Shown here one piece after another: positions 1-9,565 of a stretch of DNA of 46,267 nt. Under the pieces are notes generated by a model. That model saw only the letters and a list, made by a program, of their open reading frames with translations. It made no database searches and was not told the origin of the DNA. Source of the DNA: Micromonospora sp. (GTDB taxonomy: Bacteria > Actinomycetota > Actinomycetes > Mycobacteriales > Micromonosporaceae). Each line of letters starts with the position of its first letter. The first letter of the stretch is position 1. Location: contig JBARAE010000879.1 of assembly GCA_049791715.1 (NCBI GenBank), forward strand, positions 1 to 46,267, written 5' to 3'. The translations under genes and the position numbers were made by a program.

Positions 1-44
1 CCGGGCTGGCGGTCGGGGCGCCGGGATGCGGTCCTACCGGCCGG

Positions 45-3000
45 TCACCCGGTGTACGGCAGGGTGATCTTCGACTGGTTGCCGATGCCGAGGGTGGTGT
101 CGGTGCTCCCGATGGCGTTCCAGACCTCGACCTTCACCGTCCCGCCGACCAGGTTCCCGAGCGTGCCGACGCCCGAGTAGAGCCCCTTGGCCTCGGTGTA
201 GTGCTCCCATCCGTTGACCGGATCGGTGGCGAAGTAGTTGTACGTCTCCACCCGGTCGAAGGTGCCGTCGCCGGTCAGGTCGTAGGAGACCCGGACGTGG
301 GTGCCGTCGCCCACGCCGGTGCCGGCGTCGAGGAAGAGGTCGAACCTGGTCTGCCCGCCGCTGTAGGTGCCGGTGACACCGGTCGCGGTGTAGACCAGCG
401 GGTTGTGCGGGGAGCCGACCCAGTTGCCGTTCGCCGCCGGGACGGTGGCGCTGGCGGCGGTGCCGGCCGTACCGGCCAGGGTGCCCGAACCCTGCAGGTA
501 CCGGTCGGCGGTGAACGCGGTCGGGTCACCGGTCGGCGACGGGCTGCTCGTGCTGCCCGTGTAGGGAAGCACCAGCTGCGAAGTGTTGCCGATGCTCAGC
601 GTGGTCGGTGCGGAGCCGATCGCGTTCCACACCTCCACCTTCACGGTGCCGTTCGCCAGGTCGCCGAGCGTCCCGGTGGCCGACTTCAGCCCCTGCGTCT
701 GCCGGTAGTGCTCGACCCCGGTGACCGGGTCGGTGGCGAAGTACTGGTAGGTCTCCACCCGGTCGACGGTGCCGTCGCCGGTCAGGTCGTACGACACCCG
801 GGCCTGCACACCGTTGCCGACCGCCGTGCCGGCGTCGACGGCCAGGTCGAACCCGGTGGTCCCGCCGTTGTACGTGCCGGTGAGGCCGGTGGCGGTGAAC
901 ACCTGCGGGTCGGTGGGCGTGCCGTCGTGGTTGCCGTTGGCGGCCGCCACCTGGACGCTGCCCGCCGTGCCGGGCGTCCCGCCGAGCTGACCGTTGCCGA
1001 GCAGGTACTGCGTCGGGCTCAGCGGCTGCCCCGGCCCGGTGGTGGACGGGCTCGGGCCCGGGCTCGTCGGGGTGGGGCTGGGGCTCGTCGGGGTCGGGCT
1101 CGGGCTCGTCGGCGTGGGCGACGGGGAGTCCGACGGGTCCACGCCGCCGGGGAAGTCGACCCCACCGGTCGCATTGCCGCCGCTCCAGGTGAGCGCGCCG
1201 GAGGTCACCGTCCGGCCGGCCGGCACGGCCAGCGACGTGCCGTCGGAGAACGTCACCGTGATCGGCTTGGCGGTGATGTTGGACGCGACGTAGGTGCGCG
1301 CCGCGCCCTTGGTGAAGACCTTCGCCAGCGGGTGGTTGGCGGTGATGGTGGCGTCCACGTTCCCCAGCGCGGCGAGGTTGCGGATCCAGTGGAACGTGTG
1401 CGCCTTGCTCTCGCCCTCCTCGCTGGTGAAGGTGCTGTTCGCCCGGAAGTTCGACAGTGCCTTGTCACCGTCGCCCAGGGCCAGGAACTCCCAGATGACG
1501 TCCTGCCACACGGTCGGCGGGCCGCCGTTGTTGGTGACCAGCTCGTTGTAGTTGGCCGTCACGTACGCGGGGTCGTCGCCGAGGTACAGGTGGCCACCGG
1601 TGATCGGCAGCATGTTGATGCCCTGGATCATCTCGGGGTCCGAGGAGAACCAGGTGGAGTACGCCCCGCCGTCACCCCAGACCATGCCCACGGTCGTGTG
1701 GCCGAAGGTGGACGGGAAGTTCTGGTCGTGGGTGTCGAACCAGTACTCCTGGATCGCCGCGGACTGAGTGGTCCAGATGTAGACACCGGCGTCCCGGACG
1801 GCCTTGTTGCCGGTGGCCTGGCCCCACTGGATCAGGGCGTTGGCGAAGTTCATCCCCTCCGACGAGGACTCCTGGTTGTTGCCGGCGACGAAGCAGGCGA
1901 GCCCGGAGGCCCAGTCGTGGCCGGCGTAGATGTCGAAGTCCCGCAGGTAGGGGAAGCGGGTGTCGGTGCGGTCGTAGTTGTTGGCGTCCCGGATCAGCAT
2001 GTCGACCATGCCGCCGTACGTGCTCTCGCTCGCCCACGTCGGGTCGAACTTGGCCACCGTGGCCGCCGCGGCGATGAAGTAGCCGTAGTGGAAGTGGTGG
2101 TCGTTGAGGTCCTTGTCGGAGAAGTACGACGCCGGGGCGCCGATCAGCGTGCCCCAGTTCTTGTCGTAGTAGAAGAGCTGGCTGGCCTCGTTCGGGCTGG
2201 CGGTCAGCCAGTTGGTCAGCCGGGTCTTCATCGCGTTCACCGCCGCGTCGCGGACGGTGGTGAGGTTGAGCTGGTCGGCGATCTCGGCGACCCGCGCCGC
2301 CCGGCCCAGGCCCTTGCCGGCCCAGTAGGTGTCCTGACCGCTCTGCCCCTCGGGATTGGCCAGTTCGGCGTTGAGGTAGTTGGTGACGGTGGTCAGGTCG
2401 GCGCCCGAGGAGTCACCCACCGCCGGCACCTCCGGCAGCACGCCGGTGTACTTCATGCCGGTGCTGAAGGACGAGACCCCGACCAGCGTCTTCATCGCCC
2501 CGCGCGGTGAGACGTAGGTCGGCGCGATCGGGGTGCCTCCGACGAGGTGGCGCCACTGGTGCGGGTAGAGCGAGACGACCGTCTTCGTCTCGGTGCCCTC
2601 CCGGGGCGTGGTGATGAACGCGTACGTCGTGGTGACCGTGCCGGTCGTCGCGTTGTAGTTGTAGTTCATCGTGGTGCCGGTGACGTGCGCGTGGGCGTAC
2701 CTGCCGTACTCGGCGGCCAGGGCCGCCTTGTCGGCGCCGCCGGGCAGCACCGCCACGGAGAAGTAGCCCTTGCCGTTCAGCGTGGAGGTGATGCCGGCGC
2801 CGGACACCGACCAGGTGGCGCCGGTCGGGGCGTACGCGACGTAGTCGTGACCGTTGACCGTGAAGCCGATCATCGAGCCGGAGCTGGCCCAGACGGTCGG
2901 CGCGGCGGCGGCGGTGATCTGAGCGTTCCCGCCGGTGATCGTGTAGTAGCTGAACGGCAGGCCGTGGCCGATCGTGGCCCGCATGGTCCGGGCGCCGTCG

Positions 3001-3572
3001 TTCCAGTCCGCGGTGACCGTCCAGTCGGTCCAGTCGGCGACCTTGACCACGGGGGCACCGAGCCCGGCCACGCCGACCCGGATGTCCTCGGTGTACGGGT
3101 AGTGGTACTCGCCGACCCCGGTGGACGTGCCGCTGATCGCCGCCGTGGTGGTGTACGACAGGCCGAGCCCGTTGTTCTCGGCGTGGTACGCCAGCGGGTG
3201 GGCGTGCATGTTCTCGCTGGTGCTGCAGTTGTTCCGCTTCCACAGCAGCGACGACCACCAGTCGTTGGTGGGGATGGCGCCCTTCGGCGCGTCGTCGGTG
3301 ACGAACAGCCGGGGGTTCGTCTCGATGTCGCCGCAGCCGTCGGGCAGGACGACACCGCCAGGGACGGTCTCGGTGTAGCTGCCGGCGCCGACGGTGCCGG
3401 CCTTGGCGGCGCCGCCGCCGAGGACCACGACGCCGAGTACGCCGGCGGCGAGGAACGAGACCGCGGCGAGGGCCACGGCCCGGATGCCGGGGGAGCGTCC
3501 GGCGTTCGAGGTTGCGACGGGTGTCGGGTCTGGACTGCCGCCGGGTGTGAAGTCCCGGAGGGGAGGTGTCAT
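45..3572 (-). CDS. Secreted endo-1,3-beta-glucanase, glycoside hydrolase family 81, with Pro/Ser/Thr linker and two tandem C-terminal domains
   Basis: 1175-aa ORF with N-terminal hydrophobic signal segment; GH81 motifs PTNDWWS, LNDHHFHYGYF, GNNQESSSEG; PSPTPTS linker; duplicated ~150-aa C-terminal module. Confidence 0.92.
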   Translation of the reverse strand: MTPPLRDFTPGGSPDPTPVATSNAGRSPGIRAVALAAVSFLAAGVLGVVVLGGGAAKAGTVGAGSYTETVPGGVVLPDGCGDIETNPRLFVTDDAPKGAIPTNDWWSSLLWKRNNCSTSENMHAHPLAYHAENNGLGLSYTTTAAISGTSTGVGEYHYPYTEDIRVGVAGLGAPVVKVADWTDWTVTADWNDGARTMRATIGHGLPFSYYTITGGNAQITAAAAPTVWASSGSMIGFTVNGHDYVAYAPTGATWSVSGAGITSTLNGKGYFSVAVLPGGADKAALAAEYGRYAHAHVTGTTMNYNYNATTGTVTTTYAFITTPREGTETKTVVSLYPHQWRHLVGGTPIAPTYVSPRGAMKTLVGVSSFSTGMKYTGVLPEVPAVGDSSGADLTTVTNYLNAELANPEGQSGQDTYWAGKGLGRAARVAEIADQLNLTTVRDAAVNAMKTRLTNWLTASPNEASQLFYYDKNWGTLIGAPASYFSDKDLNDHHFHYGYFIAAAATVAKFDPTWASESTYGGMVDMLIRDANNYDRTDTRFPYLRDFDIYAGHDWASGLACFVAGNNQESSSEGMNFANALIQWGQATGNKAVRDAGVYIWTTQSAAIQEYWFDTHDQNFPSTFGHTTVGMVWGDGGAYSTWFSSDPEMIQGINMLPITGGHLYLGDDPAYVTANYNELVTNNGGPPTVWQDVIWEFLALGDGDKALSNFRANSTFTSEEGESKAHTFHWIRNLAALGNVDATITANHPLAKVFTKGAARTYVASNITAKPITVTFSDGTSLAVPAGRTVTSGALTWSGGNATGGVDFPGGVDPSDSPSPTPTSPSPTPTSPSPTPTSPGPSPSTTGPGQPLSPTQYLLGNGQLGGTPGTAGSVQVAAANGNHDGTPTDPQVFTATGLTGTYNGGTTGFDLAVDAGTAVGNGVQARVSYDLTGDGTVDRVETYQYFATDPVTGVEHYRQTQGLKSATGTLGDLANGTVKVEVWNAIGSAPTTLSIGNTSQLVLPYTGSTSSPSPTGDPTAFTADRYLQGSGTLAGTAGTAASATVPAANGNWVGSPHNPLVYTATGVTGTYSGGQTRFDLFLDAGTGVGDGTHVRVSYDLTGDGTFDRVETYNYFATDPVNGWEHYTEAKGLYSGVGTLGNLVGGTVKVEVWNAIGSTDTTLGIGNQSKITLPYTG
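48..1013 (-). repeat. Intragenic tandem duplication of a ~150-aa domain (copies ~556-1013 and ~48-507)
   Basis: Both copies share RVSYDLTGDGTxDRVETYxYFATDPV, GTVKVEVWNAIGS and end in LPYTG. Confidence 0.9.
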
Positions 3573-3624
3573 CGGGGGTTCCCCTTTGCTGTCAGGGATC
3601 GGGGTGGGGTGCGGTGCGGAGCTG

Positions 3625-3638
3625 AGAGAGCGCTCTCT
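3625..3638. promoter_or_regulatory. LacI-family-type operator, copy 1
   Basis: Perfect 14-bp palindrome AGAGAGCGCTCTCT; resembles the CebR/CelR box TGGGAGCGCTCCCA. Confidence 0.8.
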
Positions 3639-3647
3639 TGGGGAGCG

Positions 3648-3676
3648 AGGTTAGGTTTCGGTTACGTCCTCGTCAA
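3648..3676 (-). promoter_or_regulatory. Housekeeping-sigma (HrdB/SigA-type) promoter of the GH81 gene
   Basis: Minus strand TTGACG-N17-TAACCT lying between the two operators. Confidence 0.75.
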
Positions 3677-3690
3677 TGGCTGATGACGCG

Positions 3691-3704
3691 AGAGAGCGCT
3701 CTCT
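3691..3704. promoter_or_regulatory. LacI-family-type operator, copy 2
   Basis: Second identical AGAGAGCGCTCTCT, 66 bp from the first. Confidence 0.8.
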
Positions 3705-3925
3705 AAAGGCTCTTGACCGTCTCTACCGCCAACCGTCCACACCGGCCTGAACAGGGAAGACGACCGATCCAGCGCACGCCCGAAGGAGCCGCGTCGGCCC
3801 CGAAACACGCCGGAAATTCATCGTCGGCATGATCACGTCGCTCACCGATGGACACGCTCCCGCGGCGGCGGGCGCATCCACACCGCCGTGGGCACCGCAC
3901 GGTCGGGCGTACGGCACGACGAAAC

Positions 3926-3953
3926 GCCGCGCCGGCACTGGGGCCGGCGCGGC
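3926..3953 (-). terminator. Probable intrinsic terminator
   Basis: 11-bp stem GCCGCGCCGGC/GCCGGCGCGGC followed by GTTTCGT on the minus strand, downstream of 3989..4345. Confidence 0.55.
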
Positions 3954-3988
3954 TGCGGGCCGACGGGTGGCCGGCCGGGCTCATCGCC

Positions 3989-4345
3989 TCACGCGGCGGA
4001 GGCGACCGCCTTCGGCGCCACTGCCGGAGCGGGCGAGTCGAGCCGCAACGACCGTGGCAGATTGATCGACCAGCCGGTCAGCGGGTGGTCCCGGTCCAGG
4101 TCGCCGGCACTCTCGTCCGCCGAGGAATCCGGCGTCGGCCGGGGGGCGGCCTGCGCCACCCGCAGCCCCTCCTGCGCGCTGGTCCAGGCGGCACAGGGCC
4201 ACTCGGCGCCGGCGCAGCTCAGGTTGCGGCAGGCGCCGTCCTCGTCGGCCTCGTGAGCATCGGCGACGGCGGCGGCGAGCCGCCACAGCAGCGGATCGGT
4301 CACCCCGGACGGGCGTTCGGGCCGTTCTGCAGTGGATTCGGACAT
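3989..4345 (-). CDS. Small hypothetical protein with His/Cys motif
   Basis: 118-aa ORF with GAGGGGG RBS; HEADEDGACRNLSCAGAEWPC motif; downstream hairpin. Confidence 0.65.
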   Translation of the reverse strand: MSESTAERPERPSGVTDPLLWRLAAAVADAHEADEDGACRNLSCAGAEWPCAAWTSAQEGLRVAQAAPRPTPDSSADESAGDLDRDHPLTGWSINLPRSLRLDSPAPAVAPKAVASAA

Positions 4346-4474
4346 TCGTGGTCCCCCTCATCAAGCGGCCCCCTCTGTTTCCGGCCGGACGGTCCGTCAA
4401 ACCAGAGATCCACAACTTTTTCGGGGAGAGCTCCACCGGGTCGGTCCGGACGTCGGGGGCATAGGCTTGCCGAC

Positions 4475-5095
4475 GTGGCCAGGTATTACGACGTGCACCC
4501 GGACAACCCCCAGCCCCGGGTCCTCCGGCAGGTCGTCGATCTGCTCCGGGACGACGGCCTGATCGCGTATCCCACCGACTCCTGCTACGCCTTCGGCTGC
4601 CAACTGGGCAACCGCAGCGGGCTGGACCGGATCAAGGAGATCCGCAAGCTGGACGACCGGCACCACTTCACCCTGGTGTGCGCGGACTTCGCCCAGCTCG
4701 GCCAGTTCGTCAAGGTCAGCAACTCGGTCTTCCGGCTGGTCAAGGCGTGCATCCCCGGCAGCTACACGTTCATCCTGCCGGCCACGAGCGAGGTGCCCCG
4801 GCGGCTCCAGGAGCCGCGCAAGCGTACGGTCGGGGTCCGGGTGCCCAGGCACACCGTCACCCAGGCGCTCCTCGCCGAGCTGGGCGAGCCGCTGCTCTCC
4901 AGCACCCTGCTGCTGCCCGGCGAGGACGAGCCGATGACCCAGGGCTGGGAGATCAAGGAACGCCTCGACCACCAGCTCGACGCGGTGATCGACGCCGGGG
5001 AGTGCGGCACGGAGCCGACGACCGTGATCGACCTCTCCGGCCCCGAACCGGAGATCCTGCGCCGCGGGGCCGGCGACCCCTCGCGGTTCGAGTAG
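4475..5095 (+). CDS. yciO: Sua5/YciO/YrdC family protein (L-threonylcarbamoyladenylate synthase fold)
   Basis: HPDNPQ N-terminus typical of YciO, AYPTDSCY, LSST and PTTVIDL motifs; GTG start 7 nt after TAGGCT. Confidence 0.9.
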   Translation: MARYYDVHPDNPQPRVLRQVVDLLRDDGLIAYPTDSCYAFGCQLGNRSGLDRIKEIRKLDDRHHFTLVCADFAQLGQFVKVSNSVFRLVKACIPGSYTFILPATSEVPRRLQEPRKRTVGVRVPRHTVTQALLAELGEPLLSSTLLLPGEDEPMTQGWEIKERLDHQLDAVIDAGECGTEPTTVIDLSGPEPEILRRGAGDPSRFE

Positions 5096-5217
5096 CCCTT
5101 CGCCAATTACGCGGTTCGTCCGCGTCCGCTCCACCCGCCGTACCACGATGTGGGGGCGGGGTCGTAGGGCTGGTCCTCGCGCCGCCGTGCCGCGGCGATC
5201 GGTGACGGGAGTGCGAC

Positions 5218-6792
5218 GTGGGCGGGCTCGAGCTCATCGCGGTGCTCGGCGTGACGGTGCTGATCGGCACCACGATCGGTGGCCGGTACAGCGTGGCGCC
5301 GCCGGTCCTGCTCATCTCGATGGGAGCCTTGCTCGGGCTGCTCCCACCCTTCTCCCACGTGGTGCTCGAGCCCGAGGTGGTGCTGCTGCTCTTCCTGCCC
5401 GCGATCCTGTACCGGGAGAGCCTCGTCACCAGCCTGCGCGAGATCCGCGCCAACTTCGCCGTGATCACCCTGCTGGCCGTGGCGCTGGTGATCCTCACGA
5501 TGGTCGCCGTCGCGTACGCCGCGCAGGCCCTGGGCGTCGAGCCGGCGGCGGCCTGGGTGCTCGGCGCGGTGCTCGCCCCCACCGACGCCGCGGCCGTAGC
5601 CGGCCTGGCCAAGCGGATGCCCCGTGGCATCCTCACCACGCTGCGTGCGGAGAGCTTGATCAACGACGGTACGGCGCTGGTGCTCTTCTCCGTCGCGGTC
5701 GGGGTGATCGCCGGCGGGGCGGTGCCGGGGGCGCCCGGACTGGTCGGCCGGTTCGTCGGCTCGGCGGCCGCCGGGGTGGTCGCGGGCCTGCTCGTCGGCG
5801 GGGCCTCGGTCTTCATCCGCAAACACGTCGACGACCCGCTGCGCGAGGGCGGGATCAGCATCCTCACCCCGTTCGTCGCGTTCCTGGTCGCGGAGAGCGT
5901 GCACGCCAGTGGGGTGCTCGCGGTGGTGGTCGCGGGACTCCTGCTCTCGTACGCCGCGCCCCGCGTCGTCCGGGCCCGCACGCGGATCACCGCGTACGCG
6001 TTCTGGGACCTCACCACTTTCATGATCAACGGAAGCCTCTTCGTGCTGCTCGGCATGCAGGTCCCGCGCGCGCTGCGCAGCATCACCAGCCACTCGCCGA
6101 TGCAGTCGCTGGGCATCGCGGTGGTGGTCACCATCGTCGTGACGGTGACCCGGATGACCTGGGTGCACCTCTCGACGTCCACGCTGCAGGCCTTGGAGCG
6201 TCGGGTGTCCCGACGTGCCGGCCGCTTCGACTGGCGGGTACGCACCGCGGCCGGCTGGGCGGGATTCCGGGGCGCCGTCTCGCTGGCCGCCGCCCTCGCG
6301 GTGCCCGTGGCCACCAGCGCCGGCACGCCCGTCCACGAACGCGACCTGATCATCTTCGTGACCGTCACGGTCATCGTGCTGACCATGCTGGTCCAGGGCA
6401 CCACGCTGCCCGCCGTCGTCAACTGGGCGGGCCTGATGGGGGACCGGGAACGCGAGGACGAGGTGCGCTGGGCCCGGATCCGCGCCAGCGAGGCCGCCCT
6501 GTCCGCGCTGCCCCAGGTGGCCATCGACGTCGGCGCGTCCGCCGAAACCGTCGAGCGGCTGCGCTCCGACTACCAGGAGCACCTCGATGACGTCCGCGCC
6601 CCGCGGAGCGAGCAGAACGTGCGGGAACGCGAGACGACCCGGCGCCTGCGGCTCGGCGTGCTCAACGAGAAGCGGCGCGAGATCACCCGGCTGCGGGACA
6701 CCAACAAGATCGACGACGCGGTGCTGCGAGAACTCCAGGCAGCCCTGGACATCGAGGAGATCCGGCTGATCGGGCCGACCGTCGAGGACTAG
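5218..6792 (+). CDS. Na+/H+ antiporter, CPA1 family
   Basis: Polytopic membrane protein; LAPTDAAAV, ESLINDGTALV and GFRGAVSLAAALA motifs. Confidence 0.93.
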   Translation: MGGLELIAVLGVTVLIGTTIGGRYSVAPPVLLISMGALLGLLPPFSHVVLEPEVVLLLFLPAILYRESLVTSLREIRANFAVITLLAVALVILTMVAVAYAAQALGVEPAAAWVLGAVLAPTDAAAVAGLAKRMPRGILTTLRAESLINDGTALVLFSVAVGVIAGGAVPGAPGLVGRFVGSAAAGVVAGLLVGGASVFIRKHVDDPLREGGISILTPFVAFLVAESVHASGVLAVVVAGLLLSYAAPRVVRARTRITAYAFWDLTTFMINGSLFVLLGMQVPRALRSITSHSPMQSLGIAVVVTIVVTVTRMTWVHLSTSTLQALERRVSRRAGRFDWRVRTAAGWAGFRGAVSLAAALAVPVATSAGTPVHERDLIIFVTVTVIVLTMLVQGTTLPAVVNWAGLMGDREREDEVRWARIRASEAALSALPQVAIDVGASAETVERLRSDYQEHLDDVRAPRSEQNVRERETTRRLRLGVLNEKRREITRLRDTNKIDDAVLRELQAALDIEEIRLIGPTVED

Positions 6793-6860
6793 GGCCGCAT
6801 GGTGGCGGTCGTAGCGGGAAGGCCAGTGCCGCCGGCAGGACTGACCGAGGAGGCGGCGCC

Positions 6861-7619
6861 GTGGCGGACATATCGCGCAGCGGGTCGGGTAGTGGACGCC
6901 CGGCGGCGGGCGGTGGCTTCGCCGTCGTGGAGATGTTCACCTCCCAGGGCTGCAACAGCTGCCCTCCGGCCGAGGAGCTGCTGTCCGAGATCGACCGCGA
7001 CGCCCGGGAGCGGGGGCAGCCGGTCTACGCCCTCGGCTTCCACGTCGACTACTGGGACCACCTGGGCTGGGCCGACCCGTACGGCGACCCTGCGCACACC
7101 CGCCGGCAGGAGGCTTACGCCCGCGCTCTCGGTTCCCGGGGGTTGTACACGCCGCAGATGGTCGTCAACGGCACCGTCGAGTTTGTCGGCTCGGATCACC
7201 GGCAGGCGTCGTCGGCGATCACGTCCGCCCTCGCGGAAGCAGCTGCCACGTCCCTCGCCCTGTCCGTCGAGGACGTCGCCGAGGCCACCGGCGGCGGGCG
7301 CCGGGTGGTGGTGGGCTACCAGGCCGAGCGGCCGCCGGAACGGGCGGTGCTGAACGTGGCGGTCGTCGAACGTGGCCTGGAGAACGACGTGCCCCGGGGC
7401 GAGAACGCCGGGCGGAGGCTGCGGCAGGACGGTGTCGTGCGCGCCTTCACATCCGCGAAGCTGGACCTGGGCCGTGGGCGGGTCGACATCGCGGTGCCAC
7501 CGGACCTCGATCCAGGACACGCCTCGGTGGTCGGCTACGTACAGAACGACGGTGACAAGGCCATCGTCGGTGCCGCGGCCGTCGACGTGCCACCGTCGGC
7601 CCACGGGAGCGGGTCCTGA
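6861..7619 (+). CDS. DUF1223 thioredoxin-like protein
   Basis: VVEMFTSQGCNSCPPAE, FHVDYWDHLGWADP, YTPQMVVNG and RGENAGRRL motifs; GAGGAGG RBS. Confidence 0.88.
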   Translation: MADISRSGSGSGRPAAGGGFAVVEMFTSQGCNSCPPAEELLSEIDRDARERGQPVYALGFHVDYWDHLGWADPYGDPAHTRRQEAYARALGSRGLYTPQMVVNGTVEFVGSDHRQASSAITSALAEAAATSLALSVEDVAEATGGGRRVVVGYQAERPPERAVLNVAVVERGLENDVPRGENAGRRLRQDGVVRAFTSAKLDLGRGRVDIAVPPDLDPGHASVVGYVQNDGDKAIVGAAAVDVPPSAHGSGS

Positions 7620-7649
7620 CGTTTGAGCCACTCGAAGGGGAGCGGAGCG

Positions 7650-8168
7650 ATGACCGACAAGACCGAGAAGGCGATTCTGGCCGGCGGCTGCTTCTGGGGC
7701 ATGCAGGATCTCATCCGGAAACGGCCTGGCGTGCTCGGCACCAGGGTCGGATACACCGGCGGGGACGTGCCGAACGCGACATACCACAATCACGGGTCGC
7801 ACGCCGAGGCGATCGAGATCGTCTACGACCCCGACAAGCTGTCGTACCGGGAGCTGCTCGAGTTCTTCTTCCAGGTCCACGACCCCACCACGAAGAACCG
7901 GCAGGGCGGCGACGTGGGCAGCAGCTACCGGTCGGCCATCTTCTACTGTGACGACCAGCAGCGGGAGATCGCCGAAGACACCATCGCCGACGTCGACGCG
8001 TCCGGCCTCTGGCCCGGCAAGGTGGTCACCGAGGTGAGCCCGGCCGGCCCGTTCTGGGAGGCGGAGCCCGAGCACCAGGACTACCTGGAACGCAACCCCG
8101 GTGGATACACCTGCCACTTCGTCCGGCCCGGCTGGAAGCTCCCCCGCCGAGGGCAGACCGCCGCCTAG
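7650..8168 (+). CDS. msrA: Peptide-methionine (S)-S-oxide reductase
   Basis: GGCFWG catalytic motif, [25 protein letters not shown] and C-terminal GYTCH. Confidence 0.96.
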   Translation: MTDKTEKAILAGGCFWGMQDLIRKRPGVLGTRVGYTGGDVPNATYHNHGSHAEAIEIVYDPDKLSYRELLEFFFQVHDPTTKNRQGGDVGSSYRSAIFYCDDQQREIAEDTIADVDASGLWPGKVVTEVSPAGPFWEAEPEHQDYLERNPGGYTCHFVRPGWKLPRRGQTAA

Positions 8169-8224
8169 TCCCCGGCCCCTCATGGGGCCGGACGTCTGAC
8201 GAACGTCGACAAGAGGAGGCCGAC

Positions 8225-9454
8225 GTGGCTGCGACCACGCAGACGATGACACGTCCCACCACGGACATCCGGCCGTTCCGGATCGACATCCCCGAGGCGG
8301 ATCTCGAGGCGCTGCGGAAGCGCGTTGCGGCCACGCGCTGGCCCGAGAAGGAGACGGTCGACGACCAGTCGCAGGGCGTGCCGCTGGAGACGAGCCAGGC
8401 GCTCGCCCGCTACTGGGCGAAGGAGTACGACTGGCGCAAGGTCGAGACGAGGCTGAACGAGCTGCCGAACTTCATCACCGAGATCGACGGGCTCGACATC
8501 CACTTCATCCACGTCCGTTCCCAGCACGAGGACGCGCTGCCGCTGATCGTCACGCACGGGTGGCCCGGCTCGGTGATCGAGCAGCTGAAGATCGTCGGTC
8601 CGCTCACCGATCCCACGGCGTACGGCGGGGATGCGTCGGACGCCTTCCATCTGGTGATCCCGTCGATACCCGGCTTCGGGTTCTCCGGCAAGCCGACCAC
8701 GCCCGGCTGGAACCCCGAGCGCATCGCCCGTGCCTGGAACGAGCTGATGGGGCGCCTCGGCTACACCCGCTACGTCGCGCAGGGTGGCGACTGGGGCGCG
8801 CTCATCACGAACCTGATGGGGGTGCAGGCGCCTCCGGAACTGGCCGGCATCCACACCAACATGCCGAGTGCGATCCCGACGGACCTCGATGCGCTGCTCC
8901 AGTCCGGCATCAGCGGAGTGAACAACCCGCTCGCCTCGTTGCCGTCCAACCTCTCGAACGAGGAGCGACACACGTCCGAGCAGCTGGACTTCTTCTGGAA
9001 GCACTCCGCGTACGCCCTCATGATGGGGACGCGCCCGGAGACGCTGACGGGCCTCGCGGATTCGCCCATCGGCCTGGCGAGCTTCATGTGCGACCACGAC
9101 GCGGCCAGCCTGGAGCTGATCTGCCGGGCCTTCGCCGGGCAGTCCGTCGGCCTCACCCGGGATGACATCCTCGACAACATCACGCTCTTCTGGCTGACCA
9201 ACACGGGCGTCTCCGCCGCGCGCATCTACTGGGAGAACAAATTCCCCTTCTTCTCCGCGAAGAACATCTCGGTCCCGGCTGCCGTGAGCGTCTTCCCGGA
9301 CGAGCTCTACGAGACCCCGAGGAGTTGGGCGGAGCAGGCGTATCCCAACCTCATCCACTACAACAGGCTCGACAAGGGCGGCCACTTCGCGGCCTGGGAA
9401 CAGCCGCAACTTCTGTCCGAAGAGCTGCGCGCGGCCTTCCGGTCGCTCCGCTGA
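8225..9454 (+). CDS. Epoxide hydrolase (microsomal-type with EHN N-terminal domain)
   Basis: RPFRIDIP N-terminus, HGWPGS, QGGDWG nucleophile, FPDE acid, GGHFAAWE histidine. Confidence 0.92.
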   Translation: MAATTQTMTRPTTDIRPFRIDIPEADLEALRKRVAATRWPEKETVDDQSQGVPLETSQALARYWAKEYDWRKVETRLNELPNFITEIDGLDIHFIHVRSQHEDALPLIVTHGWPGSVIEQLKIVGPLTDPTAYGGDASDAFHLVIPSIPGFGFSGKPTTPGWNPERIARAWNELMGRLGYTRYVAQGGDWGALITNLMGVQAPPELAGIHTNMPSAIPTDLDALLQSGISGVNNPLASLPSNLSNEERHTSEQLDFFWKHSAYALMMGTRPETLTGLADSPIGLASFMCDHDAASLELICRAFAGQSVGLTRDDILDNITLFWLTNTGVSAARIYWENKFPFFSAKNISVPAAVSVFPDELYETPRSWAEQAYPNLIHYNRLDKGGHFAAWEQPQLLSEELRAAFRSLR

Positions 9455-9486
9455 CTGATCCTGCCCGACCGTCGGCGCACGTCCCA

Positions 9487-9535
9487 CTCGGCGCGGCCGG
9501 GTGGCTCGACCTCCGAGCCATTCGGCCCCGCCGAG
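9487..9535. terminator. Long hairpin between convergent genes
   Basis: CTCGGCGCGGCCGGGTGGCTCG pairs imperfectly with CGAGCCATTCGGCCCCGCCGAG. Confidence 0.55.
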
Positions 9536-9565
9536 CTGCCGGGTCGGGCTGCCGACCCTCCCGGC

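Noticed and set aside
1035..1130. Short tandem repeats GGGCTCGTCGGGGT
   Set aside because: They encode the PSPTPTS linker of GH81; not a CRISPR array, and no cas genes are present
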